Below are positions 21,048 through 28,874 of a stretch of 64,000 nt of DNA, in pieces (the stretch's first letter is position 1; the number at the start of each line of letters is the position of its first letter). The notes beneath the pieces were generated by a model. That model ran no database searches. It had not been told where the DNA came from and worked only from the letters and a program-made list of their open reading frames with translations. This DNA is from a virus. The stretch is taken from IMG/VR virus record IMGVR_UViG_3300023174_007844, positions 16,399-80,398 of that record. The stretch is one strand, 5' to 3'. The translations under genes were made by a program, and so were the position numbers.

Positions 21048-21965
21048 TTACTTATTGAGTAATGACAATTCTTTCATTACGTGTTCAGCAAGTGCTTTTG
21101 TGGTGTTGTATGTCTTCATATGATTCATTACTTCGGATTGGAAATATTCATAATTCTGATCAAGCCACTTTGGATCATTCTTGTCAAAGAAAGCAATCTT
21201 AGTCAATAATGCCTTTGGAAAACGCATCATAGAATATCTTGGACAATTCATGATATCTGGGAACAAAGGAATACATCCATTTCCCATAATTTCATAATGT
21301 CTCAAACAATCCCATCCAGCTTTAGGCATAGTGAAAGCATACTTGGAGAACATGTAATCCTGATAATAATCTGCTTCATTATTGAAAACATAAGTCTTCT
21401 TATCGCGAGGATCACTGTGAGCAATACGACGTTCTTTCTTTTGACCAGCATTTACTTTGTTAGTTGGAAAAGCAAAGCTAATTGGTAGAACGTGTTGCAT
21501 ATATTCTTGAAGATGAACTTGCTTTTGGTCAGGATATAATTCACGCTTAAAGTAAACTACACCATCCTTGACTCTTTCTTCAAGGAACAAGTTAGTATCT
21601 TCGCCATCAACAAAAACAATTTTCTTCTTGTCATAATTTTCAAGTACAAGTTGAAGATGTTCTTGACAACGCCAGATACTTCCATAAACTACATAATCAA
21701 AATACTTGTTACGAATCTTCTTAGTAATGTCTTCACGATCAGCATTGTCAGAAGTGATGTTTCGGCAAATTGTAAAACCACGACCATATTCAGTGGCCAA
21801 TTGTTCATCAGAATAGTCTGAATAAAGATGAAATCTCTTATTACAATCAACTACATCATCGCCAAAAAGCTCCTTGAGTCCAAGAAGCAAACAGTCATCT
21901 TGATAATCAGTTAGCCAAGGAAATTGCTCTGATCTTTGGTTTCCAGAAATATATAGAATCTTCAT
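21048..21965 (-). CDS. Glycosyltransferase-like protein (GT-B type)
   Basis: FVDGED, YFKREL, KAGWDCLRHYEIMGNGCIP; likely start MKILY at 21965. Confidence 0.6.
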   Translation of the reverse strand: MKILYISGNQRSEQFPWLTDYQDDCLLLGLKELFGDDVVDCNKRFHLYSDYSDEQLATEYGRGFTICRNITSDNADREDITKKIRNKYFDYVVYGSIWRCQEHLQLVLENYDKKKIVFVDGEDTNLFLEERVKDGVVYFKRELYPDQKQVHLQEYMQHVLPISFAFPTNKVNAGQKKERRIAHSDPRDKKTYVFNNEADYYQDYMFSKYAFTMPKAGWDCLRHYEIMGNGCIPLFPDIMNCPRYSMMRFPKALLTKIAFFDKNDPKWLDQNYEYFQSEVMNHMKTYNTTKALAEHVMKELSLLNK

Positions 21966-21992
21966 ATAAGTATTGTACACTCCGAAGCAAAA

Positions 21993-22547
21993 TTACGCTC
22001 TCACTTCAATTGTACATTTTACATCAACTTCATAATCAATGCAAAGGTCAGCCAATTTATCTAGCAAATTCAACTGACCAATCATAATAAGATTCATAGG
22101 TTTTGGGTCTGATATAGAAATTAATTCTAAAGCTGTTTCAATTCTTTTTTTCAAAGCTACTGGGTTGTAAGATTTGTTTTTAGAAAGACTTAAAGAATAT
22201 AAAATAGGCAAAATATATTCATTAGTAATTTCTAATCTATTAGTGCCATCTTGAAGGTCACACATAAACAATTGAAAGCTATAAGCTACTAATGGTTTGT
22301 CTTCAATTATATATTCTCTGCAAAATTCATGATCGTAATTAAGCTCATATTTGAAGCTATTGTCTTTTAAGATCTTTTCCCATTCATTCATTGTTCTACG
22401 ATTATTCAATTCTAGAATATCTTGCAACAAAATGAGCATAATTGAGCTATAGTTTGATGGTGGAATTACTTGTCCTTTCCACAAAACATTTTCGGCACTT
22501 GGATGCTGTTTAATATCTGGTTCAAAAACTAAAAGTGTATAGCTCAT
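21993..22547 (-). CDS. Hypothetical protein
   Basis: 184-aa ORF with TAAAAT-N6-ATG start. Confidence 0.65.
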   Translation of the reverse strand: MSYTLLVFEPDIKQHPSAENVLWKGQVIPPSNYSSIMLILLQDILELNNRRTMNEWEKILKDNSFKYELNYDHEFCREYIIEDKPLVAYSFQLFMCDLQDGTNRLEITNEYILPILYSLSLSKNKSYNPVALKKRIETALELISISDPKPMNLIMIGQLNLLDKLADLCIDYEVDVKCTIEVRA

Positions 22548-22567
22548 AATCTTATTTTACATTAAGA

Positions 22568-23038
22568 TTATTCTGGGACAATTAGCTTCTCATATGTTTC
22601 AAAAAATTCCTGAGAAGCAATCCTGTACACTTCAAGATAATTTGGAGAAGGTGAAACAATATAATCTCCAGGCTTTAATGACATTAATCTGCCCCATTTT
22701 GCTACAAATTCAAGTTCAGAACCATAATATCTACAAGCAAGAATCTTACCTTTTGGGATGTAAATTGCACCTTGTTCATAATAATAGAAAAATTTATATC
22801 TACTAAACAACATATCAGAAGGAACGATATATTCTTCTTGACATTCTGTTTGTAAATTTTTCACTACAAAATCGCCTTCTTTTGCATAATTTGTAGTTTC
22901 CAATCCATCAGCGGTCCAAGTTTCTATATATTGATTTAATTGGGCAGGATAAGCATAAATTAAACAAGTTTTAAAATACTCTTGTCCATTGTCTCTTATT
23001 TCAGGAAAAAAATAAGAGTATGCTTCATCTTGTGTCAT
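22568..23038 (-). CDS. PGDYG-like protein
   Basis: Internal duplication AKEGDFVV / LKPGDYIV, ends FFETYE. Confidence 0.6.
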   Translation of the reverse strand: MTQDEAYSYFFPEIRDNGQEYFKTCLIYAYPAQLNQYIETWTADGLETTNYAKEGDFVVKNLQTECQEEYIVPSDMLFSRYKFFYYYEQGAIYIPKGKILACRYYGSELEFVAKWGRLMSLKPGDYIVSPSPNYLEVYRIASQEFFETYEKLIVPE

Positions 23039-23883
23039 CAGGATTCAAGCATTTGTTCGATATTGAAAAGATTAGTTCCGATATCTCTTAGATTGGTATA
23101 TATTTCTGTTAGCTTTTTTACTTGTTCTTCAGGAAGATTATTAGGATTTTCAGCAGTGTTTACCATACGATAATTTTCATCATAATTGCTTTTGACATCC
23201 CCAATTACAGAGGATATAAAACTTTGCATATCATCTAATTTTCTAGAAATTTCATCTACATTTAATTCTGATAATTTAGAAATTACTTCAGAATATTGAT
23301 CAGATGACGTGCCAGATTCATCTCCTAATTCAACTTCTGACCCTCTTCTAATATCTAATTCATCGCGGGTTATATCGTTTTTCTTAAGCCAATCTAATTG
23401 TTGTCTGGTAGGATTTGTGTAAATAGTTGCATTAGCTCTACCATTATTCAAGTTTATTCTCATAGCACCAGTGAGTTCAGAAAGTACGTGTCTATCAGAT
23501 CTATCTTTCAATGCTTCTGGATTTACACCTAATCTTGATAGTAAGTATTTATCAAACATTACGTGAGATCTTAAATTAGGAGTGACAGAACCATCAGGCA
23601 TTACGTAAAATGCTTCATATGGTGTGCTAAAATGTGTGTGGGTTTCTCTTGATCCACTTACCCAAGGACTAGATTGATCAAATTCAGACATAATTTTAGA
23701 AATTTCTGAATTGATAGCTGCAACCATTTCTTGTTCAGATCCATACTTTTCAATTAATTTTCTTTTGATTGTATCTGCATCATCAGTTGATGGATCTATA
23801 TAAGATTTAGAACGAAGCTCATTTTGAATAATTTGTTCTGCTTCTTCTTTGGAAATCGCTTGTTTAATAAATGAATACCACAT
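23038..23883 (-). CDS. MWY-leader protein
   Basis: Likely start MWYSFIKQA at 23883 behind AGG-N19-GTATAT-N7; YVMPDG..H...RI..PTRQQ domain. Confidence 0.7.
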   Translation of the reverse strand: MWYSFIKQAISKEEAEQIIQNELRSKSYIDPSTDDADTIKRKLIEKYGSEQEMVAAINSEISKIMSEFDQSSPWVSGSRETHTHFSTPYEAFYVMPDGSVTPNLRSHVMFDKYLLSRLGVNPEALKDRSDRHVLSELTGAMRINLNNGRANATIYTNPTRQQLDWLKKNDITRDELDIRRGSEVELGDESGTSSDQYSEVISKLSELNVDEISRKLDDMQSFISSVIGDVKSNYDENYRMVNTAENPNNLPEEQVKKLTEIYTNLRDIGTNLFNIEQMLES

Positions 23884-23920
23884 ACCAATAATATACTGGA
23901 AGAAATAAAAAAGACCCTGA

Positions 23921-24475
23921 TTATTCAGAGTCTTGATTGAAATCAAACTTTTGCTGTCCAGATATCAAACTATCTAATTTTTCACTAGTATCACAGCCAT
24001 AATTCATAATATTCTTAAAAGATTGGATTTCTTTACTTGACAAATCTAAATTGAAATGCTTTATTGCTACTTTGATATTTTCTTCCATTTCGTCAGGTGT
24101 AAATATCGAATTGTGAATAGCAAACATTCCACTATCAATTCCTAAGCTATAAGATTCAGGACCAAAATTAAACTTATAATAAAGCAAATGTCTATAAGAT
24201 CCACCTTCTTTATAATAATTTTCAAAAATCATATTAGTGATATGGAAAAATAATAACAATTGATTATCTGTTTCTAAAGATTCAAAATATTCTTTAGCTT
24301 TTTGCTTGTATTCTTCTATAGCTTTTATTTCCATCTCAAAAAATTCTTTATATTCTTCAGAGTTCAAATAGTCAGTAAATGATTTATAACTTTTTCCATT
24401 TATATCTGGCATTGGATTACCTGTACTTTCTCGTATTGAATCTTCTTTGCGTTGTCTAATTTCTTCCCAAGTCAT
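23921..24475 (-). CDS. Hypothetical phage protein
   Basis: GGSYRHLLYYKFNFGPESY..G...G motif. Confidence 0.65.
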   Translation of the reverse strand: MTWEEIRQRKEDSIRESTGNPMPDINGKSYKSFTDYLNSEEYKEFFEMEIKAIEEYKQKAKEYFESLETDNQLLLFFHITNMIFENYYKEGGSYRHLLYYKFNFGPESYSLGIDSGMFAIHNSIFTPDEMEENIKVAIKHFNLDLSSKEIQSFKNIMNYGCDTSEKLDSLISGQQKFDFNQDSE

Positions 24476-24476
24476 A

Positions 24477-24698
24477 TTAATCTTTTACAGGTTCAATATG
24501 AATACACTGGGCTTCTTCTTTTCTCAATGCAATATGACTTTCTCTGCAGTTTACAACCATCATATTTGTATGTTGTTTGTTGAGAATTTTTATTTCACAA
24601 CCAGGATTAAAACCTAATTCGGAAAGTCTTGTTCTGACAGTTCCGCATATTGATTCAATCCTATAAGTTTCACCAGCATAACCATCAAACAAAGTCAT
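24477..24698 (-). CDS. feoA: FeoA domain protein
   Basis: RTRLSELGFNPGCEIKI...IALRKEEAQCI. Confidence 0.8.
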   Translation of the reverse strand: MTLFDGYAGETYRIESICGTVRTRLSELGFNPGCEIKILNKQHTNMMVVNCRESHIALRKEEAQCIHIEPVKD

Positions 24699-24699
24699 T

Positions 24700-25146
24700 T
24701 CACCACCACAATTCAAACCAAAGTTTAGAAAGATATTCTACCGCTAAACGAACATCATCAGTAAGTTTTTTTCTTTCTTCGATATCTACTGAATTGAAAT
24801 ATTGGTCTGTAGCATAATAATTTTCAAAAGCTTGTACGATAAATCTCAACTTTTCGTAATAAGATTCTTCAGTTTCACCATTTGCAATTCCATTATTTAC
24901 ATCCATAAATCTTTTCAATCTAGGAATAATAAATAATGCCATAGTGCGATCTAAATGCCAAGTTTCTGTGTCATCAAAACCATTTAAAAATCTTTGCTGA
25001 CGATGTTGTTCTTTTCGTTCTGAATCTTTTTCGTAAACATCATCAGCAACACTAAAGCAAATATTCTCAAGACCCTCTGGCTTTATAGATAATTGCAAGA
25101 AGTCTTTTGATTTCTTCTGGGTCGATTTTGATTCTTTTTGGCTCAT
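24700..25146 (-). CDS. Hypothetical phage protein
   Basis: GFDDTETWHLD...IIPRLKRF...LWW. Confidence 0.7.
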   Translation of the reverse strand: MSQKESKSTQKKSKDFLQLSIKPEGLENICFSVADDVYEKDSERKEQHRQQRFLNGFDDTETWHLDRTMALFIIPRLKRFMDVNNGIANGETEESYYEKLRFIVQAFENYYATDQYFNSVDIEERKKLTDDVRLAVEYLSKLWFELWW

Positions 25147-25148
25147 CT

Positions 25149-25343
25149 TTATCGCTCATTTTCTTCTTTATTGGCTATATCGTAATAATTCATACCATTA
25201 CGTAAGCACCAAACTGAAAGAGCGCCTAAAAGAAAATCTGATGGCAATGTCCCAGTGGTTTTCCATACATGAGTTATAGCTACCAGAGCAACTACATACC
25301 AAAGTAAACCTGCAGCCTTGTTGTTGTCAATTTTATCTTGCAT
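25149..25343 (-). CDS. Small membrane protein
   Basis: Two hydrophobic segments; TATAAT-N7-ATG. Confidence 0.6.
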   Translation of the reverse strand: MQDKIDNNKAAGLLWYVVALVAITHVWKTTGTLPSDFLLGALSVWCLRNGMNYYDIANKEENER

Positions 25344-25388
25344 AATATTTATTATATCATAAAAAAAGAAGGCTGTAAAGCCTTCTTT

Positions 25389-25631
25389 TTATTTACTGAA
25401 TTCTTGAAAGTATGGGCATTTTTGATAGCCAGAACCATCTCGTACCCATCCATTACCTTTGCAAGTTTCTTTGCCTTTCCCCAGACATTCACAAACTCCA
25501 ATTGGTTTACCATTTCTGATAATCATATTGTCAATTTTAGCTTGCTCTTCTGGTGTAAGGTCTAGAAATTCAGCAATAGATCCAACACGAAATCCAGCTT
25601 CTTCTAAACGCTTCTTTTTCTCATCAGTCAT
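25389..25631 (-). CDS. Antitoxin-N-terminus-like peptide fused to a Cys-rich tail
   Basis: MTDEKKKRLEEAGFRVGSIAEFLDLTPEE then CEC..C..CP. Confidence 0.55.
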   Translation of the reverse strand: MTDEKKKRLEEAGFRVGSIAEFLDLTPEEQAKIDNMIIRNGKPIGVCECLGKGKETCKGNGWVRDGSGYQKCPYFQEFSK

Positions 25632-26037
25632 CGTATTCGTCTTCTTCATCATCAGATTCATCTAATGCTACTGCCAAATCTCCTGGTATTACGTCCCACA
25701 TAAAACCCTTATCTTCAAGAGTATCCGTATTCCAAGGTTCTAATTCTTCAAGCCATTCTCTATAATCTTGGTATTTCTCATTATAAAGATCTTGAAGAGT
25801 GTCAAAGTCCAATTGATATTCTTTGCCATAAAATTTCATAGCTTTGTCAAAATATCTACAATCAGAATCTATTTCAAGATAAGCATAGCCTTCTTCATTA
25901 AGAGGATCTCTGCTAGTGCCAAGGAAAGAATAATCACTAATAATGTCAATGATATTTAAATCACTTATAAGTTCAAGATCAACTTTCCAATAATCGTGTC
26001 TACCACAGTCTATAGCTTGAATTGTAACTTTTTCCAT
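25624..26037 (-). CDS. Hypothetical protein
   Basis: 137 aa, ISDYSF...YLEIDSDC. Confidence 0.65.
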   Translation of the reverse strand: MEKVTIQAIDCGRHDYWKVDLELISDLNIIDIISDYSFLGTSRDPLNEEGYAYLEIDSDCRYFDKAMKFYGKEYQLDFDTLQDLYNEKYQDYREWLEELEPWNTDTLEDKGFMWDVIPGDLAVALDESDDEEDEYDD

Positions 26038-26039
26038 AA

Positions 26040-26633
26040 TTAAAAACCTTTCGCTATTGTTGCGCTACGATGATCTGCCATATGAAAGAATTCAGCTTCT
26101 TTTGTCTTAGGGAGAAAAGCAGCACCCCATTCTACCCTGCCATGATGAGAAAGTAAAATATGACTTAAGTTTTCCTTTAATTCTTTTGGAAAATCATTTA
26201 TTTGATCCATAGCAGAATAAACCCACATTGCAGACAAACATAAATGTCCAATGATTTTGCCTGTTTGCGTAAAAGTGTAATAAGCTTTATTATCAACTAT
26301 TTCTTGCAATTCATACTCTTCTATTTTAGCAAGATCATGAAGTAATGCAGCAGAAATTAGTAAATCTAAATCGAGATTTTCATATTTGTATGACTTTAAT
26401 AATTCACAATCAAGAATACAAAACTCAGCCACTTCAATAGAATGCTCTAAAAGACCACCAGGATAAGCATGATGCATTCCTTTGGCTGCTGGAGCTTGTT
26501 CAAATTGGCTTCTATATTTTCCATTTTGCCCAACAAGATTTGCGCATAATTCAGATAAATATGGATTTTGAATTTTATTAATTAAGACATCAAGTTTTTT
26601 TAATAAAATCAAATGTGCTTCTGTTGTAATCAT
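26040..26633 (-). CDS. HD-domain 3'-5' exoribonuclease YhaM-like (no OB fold)
   Basis: APAAKGMHHAYPGGLLEH, LLHDLAK, IGH, HILLSHHG. Confidence 0.85.
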   Translation of the reverse strand: MITTEAHLILLKKLDVLINKIQNPYLSELCANLVGQNGKYRSQFEQAPAAKGMHHAYPGGLLEHSIEVAEFCILDCELLKSYKYENLDLDLLISAALLHDLAKIEEYELQEIVDNKAYYTFTQTGKIIGHLCLSAMWVYSAMDQINDFPKELKENLSHILLSHHGRVEWGAAFLPKTKEAEFFHMADHRSATIAKGF

Positions 26634-26782
26634 GGTGCTATTTTCTTTGCTATCCACTTTGCTAATCTAATAAAAATTTTCACTGCTAATGCTATCAGTG
26701 TACCTAATATTGCAATGATAATTATTGGCCCAAAAGGCAATAATACCCAATGAACTGCGTTGAGCCAATCAAAAAATGTCAT
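26630..26782 (-). CDS. Small membrane protein
   Basis: Hand-translated 50 aa MTFFDWLNAVHWVLLPFGPIIIIAILG...; ATGA overlap with HD gene. Confidence 0.55.
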   Translation of the reverse strand: MTFFDWLNAVHWVLLPFGPIIIIAILGTLIALAVKIFIRLAKWIAKKIAP

Positions 26783-26784
26783 GT

Positions 26785-26997
26785 TTAATCTTCTGGATAC
26801 ACTTTCTTTGGCTCTATGATTAAACTATAATTAACTTTTTCTTCTTCAAAACAATATCTTAATGAATCCAAAAACTCTTTTCTATCATTGTAATAAAGTT
26901 TTTGAAGCATCTTAATCATTTCTTCTTCTGACACTTCTGAATCTTCATCACCAGTAATATCAATGTCAAAAGATAAATTCAATTTGTATTTGGCCAT
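26785..26997 (-). CDS. Hypothetical protein
   Basis: In operon; likely start MAKYKL. Confidence 0.6.
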   Translation of the reverse strand: MAKYKLNLSFDIDITGDEDSEVSEEEMIKMLQKLYYNDRKEFLDSLRYCFEEEKVNYSLIIEPKKVYPED

Positions 26998-26998
26998 T

Positions 26999-27247
26999 TT
27001 ATTCTTCATCTACCTTTTTGTTACCGTCAACAATATGGTCTGTATCCCAATAATCAATGTCCCAATCATCAGCAATTAAATCACGAGGTTCTAAACCAAG
27101 AGTCCAATCCATCAATTCACAATCATCACTGTAATGATACACAAAGACTTCTTCATCTTTGTCGTAATACATATATTTTTGTTTCCAGGAAGTTCTAGTG
27201 ATTGGTTCACCTTCCATCAAAGCATCTAACACTTCAGAAAATTTCAT
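26999..27247 (-). CDS. DUF2829 / Tad2-like protein
   Basis: MKFSEVLDALMEGEPITRTSW...DLIADDW. Confidence 0.7.
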   Translation of the reverse strand: MKFSEVLDALMEGEPITRTSWKQKYMYYDKDEEVFVYHYSDDCELMDWTLGLEPRDLIADDWDIDYWDTDHIVDGNKKVDEE

Positions 27248-27600
27248 TTGATTTCTCTTATTTTATCAAAAATTTTATTCCAATTATTGTCATCAACTAA
27301 ATCAATAGTAAATTCTTCTTCTTCACCTGTGTCGTGATTTATGCTATGCCATAAACCTTGCAAATTCCATATTTTGATATCAAGAGATGAATCAGTGTTA
27401 TTTATATTCCATTCTAAAATGACATCATCTCCAACAGCAAATATTTTGGGCAAAGATAAATCTCTGGGATAATTTTTGGTCAAGAAATCAGAAAGCAAAA
27501 CCAAATCTTCAGTGTAAAGTTCAGTGTATTCATTTGCTATCCAACCATTTGAAAATATTTCTTCAAACCTATCCCAAAAGTAAGTGAATTTTTCTTTCAT
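27244..27600 (-). CDS. Hypothetical protein
   Basis: ATGA-coupled ORF. Confidence 0.6.
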   Translation of the reverse strand: MKEKFTYFWDRFEEIFSNGWIANEYTELYTEDLVLLSDFLTKNYPRDLSLPKIFAVGDDVILEWNINNTDSSLDIKIWNLQGLWHSINHDTGEEEEFTIDLVDDNNWNKIFDKIREIK

Positions 27601-27812
27601 TCTTGATTTACTTTCTTGAGAGTGTATTTTGCTTCCATAGGTAATATAAGAAATTTTATCTCCATCCAGTCAGTTTCACCAGATTGATGCTTTACTTTAT
27701 TCTGTAGCTTATTATCCTGAAATCTCCAATAAGTGGTATTTTTCTCATCTTTCACACACAGAATATGCCCAGAATTTAAAATTTCAATTACCTGTGTTGG
27801 AATAGGAAGCAT
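27597..27812 (-). CDS. Hypothetical protein
   Basis: Coupled ORF. Confidence 0.55.
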   Translation of the reverse strand: MLPIPTQVIEILNSGHILCVKDEKNTTYWRFQDNKLQNKVKHQSGETDWMEIKFLILPMEAKYTLKKVNQE

Positions 27813-28081
27813 TAATCAACCTCAAAACTTTTCCTAAATGTTTCTCTAACATTTTGATCCCACAACAATTCAGATGCAAAACCAAGAGTACCAGAGTCAA
27901 AATGAATCCAAACAGTTTTACCATCATCAGAAAGACTTACTTCTATAATATCATTTTTATTGTGTTGAAATTCTTCACAACAAATATGGGCAATTTCTTG
28001 TAAATATTTTTTGAATCTAACAAAACTATAAATACGCCCTCTTACATATTGTTCACTTAATATCTTTGGATCAGCTTCCAT
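27812..28081 (-). CDS. Hypothetical protein
   Basis: Coupled ORF. Confidence 0.55.
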   Translation of the reverse strand: MEADPKILSEQYVRGRIYSFVRFKKYLQEIAHICCEEFQHNKNDIIEVSLSDDGKTVWIHFDSGTLGFASELLWDQNVRETFRKSFEVD

Positions 28082-28271
28082 TTAACACTCGCAATGATAA
28101 GAAAAACAAAGCACTCAACATCCCACTAATAATTAGTAAAGAAGAAGTGAATTGTAAAAAAGATCGATCTTTTACAACCACAGTCTTATATGCCCCTATG
28201 AGAAAGTAAGACCAACTCATAAGAGCAAATAAAAAGACAATGGATAGAATTATAATCTTAATATTTTCCAT
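28071..28271 (-). CDS. Small two-TM membrane protein
   Basis: Two hydrophobic helices. Confidence 0.6.
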   Translation of the reverse strand: MENIKIIILSIVFLFALMSWSYFLIGAYKTVVVKDRSFLQFTSSLLIISGMLSALFFLSLRVLNGS

Positions 28272-28803
28272 CTTTTATGTCCTGTTGATGTTTATCCACT
28301 TCTGCCACAACATCAACACTTTCCCAATCATCAGCAATTAAATCTAAATAAATAAGCTTGCCGTATCTAGCATATTTACCAACACCCCAATCAGGATGCC
28401 AACTTTTACGTCTGATTGTTTTTCCGGCATTTAAATCATCCAATACATCTTTGAATAATTTATTTGGAACCACAACCCAATCTTCAGCAAAAAGATCTTC
28501 AGTGGTGATTGTAGATTCTGCGTGATCATATTTTTTAGGAAATAATGTAAGACTAGGGTTGCCTTCTCTTGACATCATTTTGCCATGCCCTAACATTTTG
28601 ATAGCCCAATTGATATCTCTCTTAAGCTCGATATTATTCACCTTAAGAAAACTATCAAAATTACTTCCAATATGCTTGTTCTCTAAAGCATAAGGCAAAT
28701 AATCTTCACCTGGATCGATATAATTCATAGCTGCCTTATTCAATTTTGCTTTTTTAATTTCGACATCATAAAAATATTTTTGATTTTTAGGTAATTTATC
28801 CAT
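28258..28803 (-). CDS. Tandem DUF2829/Tad2-like domain protein
   Basis: INWAIKMLGHGKMMSREG...DLFAEDW and FKDVLDDLNAGKTIRRKSW...DLIADDW. Confidence 0.65.
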   Translation of the reverse strand: MDKLPKNQKYFYDVEIKKAKLNKAAMNYIDPGEDYLPYALENKHIGSNFDSFLKVNNIELKRDINWAIKMLGHGKMMSREGNPSLTLFPKKYDHAESTITTEDLFAEDWVVVPNKLFKDVLDDLNAGKTIRRKSWHPDWGVGKYARYGKLIYLDLIADDWESVDVVAEVDKHQQDIKDGKY

Positions 28804-28874
28804 ATCTTATAATACCATAAAAAAATGAACTTGTAAGAAATCCTTACAAGTTCATTAACACAAAAACAATCTAT

